Positions 21,058 through 30,800 of a stretch of DNA of 64,000 nucleotides are shown here, piece after piece. The stretch lies in the NCBI GenBank assembly GCA_918797485.1, contig CAKKNE010000004.1, forward strand, positions 5,084,001 to 5,148,000, in the 5' to 3' direction. Position 1 is the first letter of the stretch. Each line of letters starts with the position of its first letter. This stretch comes from Pelagomonas calceolata. Its lineage: Eukaryota. The notes under the pieces are model-generated. The model made no database searches. It saw only the letters and a program-made list of their open reading frames with translations, and was not told the DNA's origin. The translations under genes and the position numbers were made by a program.

Positions 21058-21852
21058 ATGGACAAGCCGCTTAGCGCGCCGCGAGGCCCGGACGACGGCG
21101 GCAAAAAGCAGAAGCGGCCGCGCGAGGCGTCATCCGGCCGGGAGGGCGCCGATAAGCGCGGGCGTCGGGACGGCCGGCGGGACGGCGGCCGCCGCGGCGG
21201 GGGCCGCGGCGGCGGGGGTGGGGGGCGCGGCGACGGCCCGCGGCACCGCGGCGGCCGCGGCGGGCGCATCGGCGGCACCGGGCCGCGGCGCGCGCCCGAC
21301 CGCGACACGGTGCGGTTCAGCTACAAGTGGGCGGTCACGCCCGAGAAGCAGCGCGTGCCGACCGGTGCGGAATCAACCAGTGACAGAGGCGCAGTCGCGT
21401 CGCTGCGAGCTCACGGGATGGGACCAGTTCGACCTGACCCGATCAAGAAACGCGGTGCCGGACGACCCGACCATCGTCGACGGCCAAGCCTACGGCTACC
21501 ACGTTTGATTTCCGCGCAGGTGCTGACGGTGCGGGCGTTCGGCGCGGAGCTCATGAAAATCGGCAGCGGCGGCAGCCTCGAGATCTCGTCGGGCGGCTTC
21601 AGGACGTGGAGGACGTTCCAGGCGCTCAACATGGTGCTGGCGCCGGTGGGCCTCGAGCTCGAGGCGGACCCCGAGGGCCGCGGCGCGGGCTACCGCGGCG
21701 GCAAGTGGTCGCTGACGTCGAAGAACGGCTGGACGCTGCCCTTCGAGGACGACATGAAGCTGAGCGCGTTCCCGACGCGCGACTGGAAGCGCATCCTGCC
21801 CCAGCTCGAGAGCCTGCCGGAGGACGTCGAGTTCGTCGTGGCGAAGGACTAG
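21058..21852 (+). CDS. Hypothetical RGG-rich protein with small C-terminal domain; exons 21058-21354 and 21520-21852
   Basis: ATG at 21058, RG/RGG tract, and biased codons on both sides of a 165-bp introner. Confidence 0.75.
   Translation: MDKPLSAPRGPDDGGKKQKRPREASSGREGADKRGRRDGRRDGGRRGGGRGGGGGGRGDGPRHRGGRGGRIGGTGPRRAPDRDTVRFSYKWAVTPEKQRVPTGAESTSDRGAVASLRAHGMGPVRPDPIKKRGAGRPDHRRRPSLRLPRLISAQVLTVRAFGAELMKIGSGGSLEISSGGFRTWRTFQALNMVLAPVGLELEADPEGRGAGYRGGKWSLTSKNGWTLPFEDDMKLSAFPTRDWKRILPQLESLPEDVEFVVAKD
21363..21519 (+). mobile_element. Introner element, diverged; GT-AG intron 21355-21519 (165 bp, in frame, no stop)
   Basis: Ends cggtgcggaatcaaccag / tttgatttccgcgcag. TSD gtgccgac (21355-21362) vs gtgctgac (21520-21527). 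Confidence 0.85.
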
Positions 21853-22273
21853 CGTGCCGGGTTTTATATTAGGTGCCCAGAGTTGTGCGGCTTCCGTTTT
21901 GCTAATGTCTTACAGTCACTAGCACACTCTTCTGCTACAAGGGGTTCTTAGATGTATACTCCAAGTATATTTAGTGCGCTTAGTGGTGAACCGCAAAGGT
22001 CGCCGCGGCGAGCGACTGAGACGCCGCACCGCTTGTTGGCCGCGCCCTTGGTAGTATATGACTTTCGGCCCATTTTACACCAAAACGGACGCTCACGGTG
22101 GCTCACCCGGGGGGGTTCCGCCCACTAGTCCTGGCACCGCAACAACACTATAAGGTAATGCTTCACTGGGACGGGCCAGGACGACGACTCAGACCCGGGG
22201 AGGGCCCACGAGCTTGTACTAGGAGGACACGACCCCGTATTACGATACGGGTGGGGGGGGGAGGGGCGGGGAC

Positions 22274-23884
22274 TCAGAGCCAGCGGGCGACGCACACCGG
22301 CGACTCGACGAAGCGCGGCGCCGGCGCCGGCTCGGGGAAGACGTCCATGAGGAAATCGACGTGGCGCTTGCGCACGGCGCCGTCGCGCGGGACGGGCAGG
22401 TCGAACTCGGTCGGCTCGAGCGGCACGGGCGACGCCGGCGCGAGCGTGCGCGAGCCCGGCAGGCAGGCGGGCTCGAGCGCCGGGCAGGGCGGCAGCGGCG
22501 CGGCCGGCGGCGCGTACGCGGCCAGGACCTCGAGCGGCGACGCCTTGCGCTTGATGAGGGAGGCCGGCCGCGGCGGCGGCCGCGCCGCGGCGGGCCGGCA
22601 CGCGGGCGACGCCGAGAAGGGCGACGCGGGCGACACGGGCGTGAGCGAGCGCAGGGACTCGTCGTCGTCGTCGTCGTCGACGGCGAAGGCGGCGCCGTCC
22701 TTGTAGGCGAACTCGGCGAAGGGGCTCGGCGGCCGCGACGCGCCGTCGGTCATGTCCGCGAGCGTCCGCGGCGTGAGGAGTGCGGAGAGCAGCGCCGCCG
22801 CGGCCTCGGCCGACTGGTCGGCCGGCGGCGGCGCCGGGGCCTGGGTGGCGCGGGGCGGTTTCGCGGGCGGCCGTCCCGGCCGCGACGGGCGACGACGCGG
22901 TCGGCGCCGTTCGACGCGAAGGCGCCGCGCGGACGCCGCGGCGCGCCCGGGCGCTGCGGAGCGAGGCGCGGCGCGTCGTCACGCTCGAGCCGCCCCAGGA
23001 CGGCGCGCGGCCGACGGCGCGGCCGCGGGCGGGCGCGGCCGCGCGGCGCGGCGCCGCGGGCCGCGCCGCGCGGCGCTTCGCCGGCGCCGACTTCTTGGCG
23101 CGCGCGGCCTTGCGCTTCTGGGAGTACCTGCGCGCGCGGGGGGGGCGTCGTTTCCTGGTCCGGGCGGCGTTTTGCCGCATCCGTAATCCCGTCCCCGCCC
23201 CGAGATATTCGGCGGCCCGCGATTCGACGACGACGGGCCGTCGAGGTCCCTCGGAGAGGACCAGCGACGCCGCGACCCCGGAGGACTCTGAAACCGTCGT
23301 TGCGGTCGGAATCGACGGACGCGCCCGCGCCCGCGCCCCGCCCGGAACGGGGCTTCCGAAACCCGGCGTTCCCACCAAAAAAGCTCGAATGTCCACGCGC
23401 CGGCACCGCGCCAGTAGTTTTTGACCGCGTTGTCGGTTCTGCCCGGTAGCCTGCGCAAAGGGGGCGCGGAGGTGCGAAAACCGGGGACCGGCCGCGCGGA
23501 GCCGAGGGGCGGGATGAACCTCGAAACGGCGTCGTTTTTCGAAGGGCGCGTGGCTCGCCGTGGACGCGGCGATAACTACCGCTTGGCGATGGTCGCCCAC
23601 TTGTTTCCGACCTCGGCCTGGCTCTCGCGGATGATCCGTTCCTCGGCCTCGGTCCAGGGGCGCGTCGTGATCTTGGGGTCGAGGCTGGCGACCCAGCGCG
23701 CGCGGCACTGCTTGCTGGTCTTGGGGCGCCCCGGGAAGGCGTCGCTCACGTCGCGCGCGACGTCGGTCCACGCCCGCTTGCCGTGACTCGCCACGGCGGC
23801 GCGCACCGCGTCGTCCTCGGCCTCGGTCCAGGATCGCGCGTCGAGGAGGGGCGGCGACGTTCGGCCGGTGCGAGTCGTCGCCAT
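22274..23884 (-). CDS. R2R3-MYB transcription factor; exons 23884-23580, 23450-23412, 23127-22983, 22840-22274
   Basis: WTEAED...KQCRARW...LDP...WTEAEE...GNKWATIAKR|LPGRTDNAVKNYW|YSQKRK assembles in frame via GT-AG and GC-AG introns. The third intron is inferred from phase only. Confidence 0.85.
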
Positions 23885-24240
23885 GTGTTTTGAATTCAAC
23901 GGGAACTTTTTGCGAGGCGCGCGCTGCAAAATGAGAGAGGGCCGGCAGAGAACTTTGACTGAGGGTTTGAGCGCTGGTCGCGCCCTTGCGCGGGCGAAGA
24001 GAAGTAGTTGAGAGGCGAGCTTGTAGCGGCCGCCGAATCGAGAGAGAGAGCCGGGGCGTAAAAAGAGCAGATATGCAAATCTGGGCAAAAAAAACCCGGA
24101 ACCACCGCTCCAAACTGCCTCGAGAGGTCTCGCCTCGTGGGCGCTTATTAAAACGGGGGAAAGGGATTGTCTCCCCATAAAACGCCGCCCGAGTCTAGCG
24201 AAAACCGTGACAACAACAACTTAAAACGAACACAACTCAA

Positions 24241-25594
24241 CTATGCCGGCAGCAGCGGCGACGTCGGCGACGCGGGCGCCCGCAGGTCTGGCCGCTTCGG
24301 CCGCCCCTCCCGCGCCTGGGGCGCCGCCGGCGCGGGCGCCGCTTCCGTGGGCTCGTCGCGCAGGCGCCGCCGCTCGCGCGCGACGCTGGCCCGCCGCGTG
24401 ACCTCGGTGTAGGACACGACGCCGACCATCGCCACGAAAAGACCCAGCAGGTTCTTCGCGTTCGTCTCGAGGCCGAAGACCACGACCGAGAAGCCGATCG
24501 TGGCGATCGTCTTGACGTGGCCCAGCACCTGGTACGTTAGCGGGCTCGTGCGGCCGAGCACGTAGTAGTTCGACACGTTCGCGGCGAGCGCGAGCCCGCA
24601 GGACCTGTGTGGAAATCAAATTTCGGGCGCCCCACGCACGTGCTTTCCGTAGCTGCGTCTGCGCGATGGCGTGGCGATTCCACGCCATCGACGCGACATT
24701 GTCCCCGTGGCCACGTCGGCTCGATGGCGTGGAGGCTCACGAAGTCCACGCAATATTTCTCAGGATAACATAACTCACTGGTTGATTTCCACACAGCGCA
24801 GGACCAGAGGACGTCGCCCCGGAGGTCGGCGGTCCAGTCGAGCGCCGCCAGATGGGCGACGTCGTCGCACAGGGGGGACGCGGCGAGCATCGCCAGGGCG
24901 ATCAGGGGCGACGTGTGGTAGAGCAGCTGGTTCGAGTCGACGCGGAGCCGCCGCTGCGACCTGTGCGCAAACCAACCAGCGAGTCGGGCGCACTCCGCGC
25001 CGCCACAAATTTGATTGGCGCGCTGGTTGCCGACGAGGCGGTGGCGCGCTGCGCGAGCACCGTCGCGACGACCGCGACGGCGCCGTAGAGCGTGCCGAGC
25101 GGCGTCACGGTGTGGTCGTGGACCTCGGCGACGTAGAGCCCGCCCACGAGGGGCACGAGCGTCGCCAGCGTCGCGCCGTCCGGGAACCGGTCGCCCGCCA
25201 GGTACTGCGTCGCCAACGTGCAGGGGATGCAGGCCAGCTTGGTCATCTGGAAGAAGCCCACCGAGTTCTGCTTGAGGTTCAGGTTCATGAAGGCCATGGC
25301 CAGAAGGCTGGCGCCGGCGACGCGGACCACCGTCCGCCGTTCGCAGGCCTTGTACGCGAAGACGCCGCACCGCAGCATGACCCGCATGCCCGCGGCGGTG
25401 AAGGCCATCTGGCAGCTCGTGAGAAAGATAATGTGGTCGAACCGGTGCTGCGCCACGAGCCATTTGTTGACCAGCACCACGGCGCAGCTCGACAGCAGGT
25501 TCGCGAAGACCGCGAGCATGAGCGGCACGCGCAGCGCCGTGCCGAAGACGCCCGTGCGCTTGCGGTTTTCGTCGAGCCAGGCGCGCGGACGCAT
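24241..25594 (-). CDS. TPT/SLC35E3-like nucleotide-sugar transporter; exons 25594-25035, 24960-24805, 24604-24241
   Basis: NLLSSCAVVLVNKWL, MNLNLKQNSVGFFQMTKL, SNQLLYHTSP and GRTSPLTYQVLGHVKT. Three frames are joined by removing two introners. Confidence 0.9.
24605..24796 (-). mobile_element. Introner element with perfect TIRs and TSD; GT-AG intron 24804-24605 (200 bp)
   Basis: Perfect 15-bp TIR ctgtgtggaaatcaa / ttgatttccacacag. Perfect TSD cgcaggac at 24597-24604 and 24797-24804. Confidence 0.95.
24961..25025 (-). mobile_element. Decayed introner element in reversed orientation; GT-AG intron 25034-24961 (74 bp)
   Basis: Ends ctgtgcgcaaaccaaccag / aaatttgattggcgcgctg. TSD decayed (gctgcgac vs gttgccgac). 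Removal gives AQRATASSQRRLRVDSNQLLY in frame. Confidence 0.7.
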
Positions 25595-25620
25595 CGTTTG
25601 AGGCGCGCGCAAGACGACGG

Positions 25621-25693
25621 CTCTCCTTCGCAGCGGCGCCGCGCCGCCGGGTGCTTTTCGACGCCTCTCCTTCGCAGCGGCGCCGCGCCGCCG
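25621..25693. repeat. 29-bp direct repeat (44-bp period) just upstream of the transporter start
   Basis: ctctccttcgcagcggcgccgcgccgccg at 25621 and 25665, each followed shortly by gtgctttt. Confidence 0.9.
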
Positions 25694-26158
25694 ACAAGTG
25701 CTTTTACAGTACGCCCTTGCTTTCAGCAGCAGGGGTCCTGCCTAGCGAGGATTCTCGCTAATTTCGAGCACATTCAAGTAGGGGACAGAGCAGGCTGCAA
25801 GGCTAGGCCTTGTCCGTACTAACATGCGGTCTTAGCTATGCATCGTGCCTGCTAAAAAAATAAATTTTGCTCTAAATCGGCTAATTCCGGGTTTTTCCGG
25901 GTTTTCTAACATGAAACCAGTCATTTTTCCATTGCTACGGCCCGCGCAAGGGGTGCCCCGAGAGTGCTCACTCGTCCACCTGGCGATTTTTGGGGAGCCC
26001 GCCACGGGAGCCAACACGATGATTTGAGCACGCTACGTGGCCTCGTCACATATAGACGGAAGACTGTCAAACGTGGTGTATCGCCCAGGGCCTCACGTGC
26101 GCAACGCGGAAACAAGAGCTCGCGACCGCTCTATCAAGTTGGCTGACTAAGACACAGC

Positions 26159-27632
26159 ATGTCGACGAAGAAGACGCCGGCGCTGCGCAGCGCCTGGGCT
26201 CTGATGCTCGTCGTGCCGCTCGCCGCCCTCGTGCCGCCGGGCCGGCCGCCGCGCACGACGAAGCTCGACGCCGCGACGCTCGCGCGCCGCCGCGAGCGGC
26301 GCGAGGCGCTCAAACCGCTGCTGACGTGGCCCGAGGAGCAGCGCCTCGGCCGCGAGTGCCGGCGGCTCGCGGCCCTCGAGGACGTCCGCGCCCGGGAGGG
26401 CGCGCGGCTGCGGCGCGCGCCCACGCGCGGGGAGTGGGCCGCGGCCGCCAACTACTCGAGCGAGGCCGCGCTGCGGGCGGACCGCGCGCGCATGCGCGCG
26501 TGCCGCGACGAGCTCATCGCGCGGAACCTGCGCCTGGTGCTCAGCGTCGCGGGCCGGTACAAGCCGCAGCCCGGCCTCGAGTTCGACGACCTCGTCGCCG
26601 AGGGGAACTTCGGGCTGGCCAAGGCGGCGGCGCGCTTCGACCCCGGGCGGGGCTTCCGCTTCTCGACGTACGCGGTCTGGTGGATCCGGCAGGCGATCTC
26701 GCACGCCGTCGGCCACGACGCGCGCGCGATCCGCCTGCCGGCGCACGTGCACGACAAGCTGCGGCCTGCGTGGAAATCAACCAGTGCGTCGGGTGCACCC
26801 GACAATTCTTCACTACGTCGTTCCTCGGCGACGACGCGGCCGTCCTGAACGCGCCGTAAAATTTTGATTTCCACACAGGCTGCGGCGCATGCGGCGCCTG
26901 CGCGAGGAGTACCGCGAGGCCCACGGGCGCGACCCCGACGACCGGCACGTCGCGGCCGCGCTGGGCATTGATCACACAAAGGTCCGCGCGCTCGGGCGCG
27001 CGGCGCGCGAGGTGGCGTCGCTCGACGCGAGCGCCCTGCTGCGGGGCGGCCCGCGCAAGGGCTCGGGCGCGGCGGAGCGCTTCGCGCCGCGCGCGGCGGA
27101 CCTGCTCGCCGACGAGACGCAGGCGCCCGAGCGGCACGCGGACGCGGCGCTCGCGCGCGACGCGCTGGCCCAGGTGCTCGCCGAGGGCCTCGGGGCCCGC
27201 GAGCGCGACGTCGTCGCGGCGCGCTTCGGGCTGGACGGGCGGCCGCCCAGGAACCTGGCGCAGATCGGCGCGGCCTACGGCCTGACGCGCGAGCGCATCC
27301 GGCAGATCGAGCGCGCCGCGCTCTACAAGCTGCGCATGCCGCACCGCGCGCGCAAGCTGGCGCCGCACGCCGACCTGCCCGCGGCGCCGCGGCGCCGCGC
27401 GCCCGCGGCGCCGGGGCCGCCGGCCGCGGTCGCGCGCTGCGCCTGCCGCGACGTAGCCGTCGGCGACCGCCTCGTCGCGGCCGACGACGCGGGCCGCGCA
27501 TGCGTCGTCCGCCAAATCAAGAAGGGCGGCTGGCTCGTCGTGAGCTGGGAGGACGAGCCGGGGCGAGCGTTCGCGCGGCCGTCGGCGTTCCGCCTGCCCG
27601 ACCGCAAGGCCGCGCCCGGCGGGGAGTCGTAA
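26159..27632 (+). CDS. Nucleus-encoded sigma-70 family factor, probably plastid-targeted; exons 26159-26757 and 26879-27632
   Basis: Region 2 (NLRLVLSVA...DLVAEGNFGL...RFDPGRGFRFSTYAVWWIRQAI), RAIRLPAH, and region 4 (GLTRERIRQIERAALYKLR). Hydrophobic N-terminal leader. Confidence 0.92.
26766..26878 (+). mobile_element. Introner element, internally deleted; GC-AG intron 26758-26878 (121 bp)
   Basis: TIRs ctgcgtggaaatcaa / ttgatttccacacag. Perfect TSD gctgcggc at 26758-26765 and 26879-26886. Removal gives HVHDKLRRMRR. Confidence 0.95.
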
Positions 27633-27885
27633 GAAGTCTGTTGCATGCTTACTCGAGAAACTCGTCGCCGCGTTCCTCGCCTTGTAGTTTACCGTGGCGG
27701 CCGCCGGCGCTGCTGCCCGGGATCACTAGAAGACTAATATAAAGTGCGCACGGCACGCTTACCCGGAAGGGGGGAGCGCGCGCGCGCGGGGCAAGGTCAC
27801 GCCGATGGGGGGAAGGTGACGGCGGCGCCGCGCCCGGGACCGATTCCGGGGGCGGCGGCCGGGCCACCGGGAAGGGAGGCGGCGT

Positions 27886-30800
27886 CTACCCCGCCGGGGC
27901 GACGGCCGAGAGCTGCGCGCCGGTGCACGTCGTGCCCTCGTTCTCGCAGAACGCGGACGTGCCGACCGAGTTGCGCGCGGCCACGCGGACGTAGTAGCGC
28001 CGGTCCGGCGTGAGGCCGCTCACCGTCACGCTCGTGCTCGAGGTCGTCACGGTGTGCGTGTCGGTGCCGTCGAACAGGGGCGACTCGGACGCGGTAATCT
28101 CGTATTCAAGCAAGGCTGCGCCGCCCGTCGACTCGGGCAGCGCCCCGCCGAGCGCCACCGGGCACTCCGACGGGTTGGCGGCGAAAGCTGCACATGGGAT
28201 GCCGTGGTGAGGGACGCGCGGGTAGAGCCACGCGACGTCGACCTCGCCCTCGCCGCCGGGGGCCGCGCTCAGCGAGCGCGGCGCCCCGGGTATGACAAGC
28301 GAGGGCGCGGCCGACAGCGTCGCCGACGCGGCCCCGTAGCCGGCCGCGTTGATCGCCGAGACCTTGACGTAGTACGTCGTGGACGGGCTCAGCTCGTCGA
28401 TGGTGTACGAGAGCGCCACGGTTGCGTCGACGTCGACCGTGCCCTTGTGCGGCGAGGCGCTGAGGCTGTTGAAGCTCGAGCTCGTGTCCCACTCGACGCG
28501 GTACGCCGTGATGCTGTCGCCGCCGTCGTCCTCGGGGTAGCCGTAGCCCAGGGTGAGCATGCTGTCGCTCGTGACGCCCAGCACGACGTTGGACGGCGCG
28601 CCGGACTCCTCGTAGGGCGCCGCCGACGACGGCGCCGACCCCTGCGGCGTGCCGCAGCCCTGGCCGTTGCAGGCGGACACGCGCACGTAGTACCGCTGCC
28701 CCTTGTCGAGGCCGGAGACGGTCTTGTAGAACGGCGAGCCGCCGTCCAGGTAGGTGACCGCGACGCTCTTGACCTCGCCGAGGAAGCTCGCCGAGGTCGC
28801 GTACTCGACCTTGTACGACGTGATCTCGTCGCCGCCGTCCCACGTGGGGGAGCTGAACTGCGTCCGCAGCTGCGACGCCGAGACGGTCGAGAGCACGACG
28901 CTCGTGGGGGGCCCGGGCGTCGTCATCGGCTTGCTCGGGGCGCCGGCCGCCTGCGGGAGCGAGTACCCGACGCTGTTGACGGCGGTCACGCGCGCGTAGT
29001 ACTGCTGGCCGTTCACGAGGCCCGAGCCGTCCGACGGGACGACCAGGGTCGTGCCCGTGCACGACGCGTACGTGTCGCCCGACTGCACGAGCGTCGCGGT
29101 GAGCCGGGGCGCGTACCGGCCGCCGGAGCTGCCGACCGTGCCGTTCGCGTCGCGCAGGGAGTTGTCGTTGATCGACACGACGAAGTCGTTCGCCGCGCTC
29201 TCGGGCGCGGCGTCCAGGAAGGTGACGTACCACTCGTAGCCGCCCGCGTCGTCGGGGCCGTACCGGGCCACGTCGACGCCGAGGTCGAGCAGCTCGTCCA
29301 GCGCCTCGAGCTTCGCCTCGACCGAGCCGGACGCGCCGAGCCGCCCGCCCGGCGCGCAGTAGGCCCCGTCGGTCTCGCAGAAGATCTCCGACGTCGTCTC
29401 CGTGCCGCGGCCGCCGTGCACGCGCGTCAGCGCCGCGTTGCCCTTCGTCGTGCCGATGAAGGGGACGTCGTTGCCGGTGTCCCGGTCGGTGAGGTTGAAC
29501 CAGGCGCTCTCGGCGTCGATGGCCCCGCCCTGCATCCACTGCGTGGGGAACTTGGCCCGGTACACCTGGCCGCCCCACTTCTGCTCCGCGAAGGTCACGA
29601 GGTCGCCGTCGAAGAGGATGCCGGCGAGCGAGCCCGACGCCGTCACGCGGGCCGAGTTGTTCGCGACGCTGAACGTCCGGCATTCCAGCGACCCGGCCGT
29701 GCAGAGCCGCTCCGACGCGTAGATCTCGTCGCTCGACAGCGCGACGGCGTCGTAGGGGATCGGGTCCGTCGTGTAGGCCACGGCCGCCTTGGACACCTGG
29801 AGCTGGAACGTGCCGCCGACGATGGGCGACGTCGCGCCGACGCCCTCCGACGCGACCTTCCACACCGTCGGCTTGTTGGCCGTCGGGCAGTAGAAGTCCT
29901 CCCGGATCGGGTCGTCGAACGTGTCCGTGGGGTCCAGCTCGACGCGGTAGTGCGTGACGGTCGCGCCGCCGTCCGACTCGGGCTCGCCGAAGCTGATGGT
30001 CAGCGAGTCGGCGTCGCCCGGGTTGACGCCGACGGACACGTCGGTCGGCGGGTCGGCGATCTGCTGCGGGACCTCCGTGGGGGCGGCGGTCCGCGCGGGG
30101 CCCGCGCCGAACGCGTTGACGGCCGCGACGCGCACCGAGTACGCGACGCCCGGCTCGAGGTCCGTGATCGTGTACGCCAGCGCGTCGGCGTCGACGAGGG
30201 CGGAGCCGTAGCGCGCGGGCGCCTCGCCGACGACCGAGTCGTCGGCCTTGAGGCCCGTCACGTCGTCGACGGCGTTCTCCGCGCCCGTGATCGACGAGTC
30301 CGCCGCGCCGCCCAGCGCCGGGTGGTAGAGGTACTGCGCGTCCTTGAAGAGCGTCGGCTGGTCGCCGACGTGCGTCGCGAACGTGATGCTGTACTCGACG
30401 CCGCGCTCGCCCGCGCTCGGCGCGTACGGCCGCTCGGAGACCGCGACCTGCTTCACCGTCGGGAGCAGCTCCAGCGCCTCCGCGAGCTCCGCGGCCGTCG
30501 CCCGCGCGCTGACGTAGGGCGAGTAGGCCGAGCCGTCGAAGCCGAGCCGGAAGAAGCCGCGCACGGGCTGCGTCTCGTTCGTCGAGGCGTCGACGTCGCC
30601 GTAGATGCGCAGGACCTGGACCTCGGCGCGGCCGCCGGACCGCGCGCCCGGGCGCACCTCGGAGACCTCGACCTCGAGGTCGTCGCCGATGCTCGCCTCG
30701 GGGATGTTGATGGGCACGAGGTCGCCCTCGTTCAGGCCGCCCGGCGCGCAGTCCGCGAAGGTCACGGTCCAGGCGTAGCCGTGGTAGTTGTTCGTGCTCG

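Noticed and set aside
5050..23580. Symplekin and MYB introns as additional introners
   Set aside because: No TIR or 8-bp TSD; they look like ordinary GC-rich introns.
26159..27632. Sigma-70 gene as evidence of a bacterial genome or contamination
   Set aside because: It has a spliceosomal-type introner, an N-terminal leader and eukaryotic neighbours; nucleus-encoded plastid sigma factors are expected in algae.
1859..27632. Frame breaks as pseudogenes or programmed frameshifts
   Set aside because: Breaks are resolved in phase by GT/GC-AG introns that restore conserved motifs; only the first symplekin donor is uncertain.
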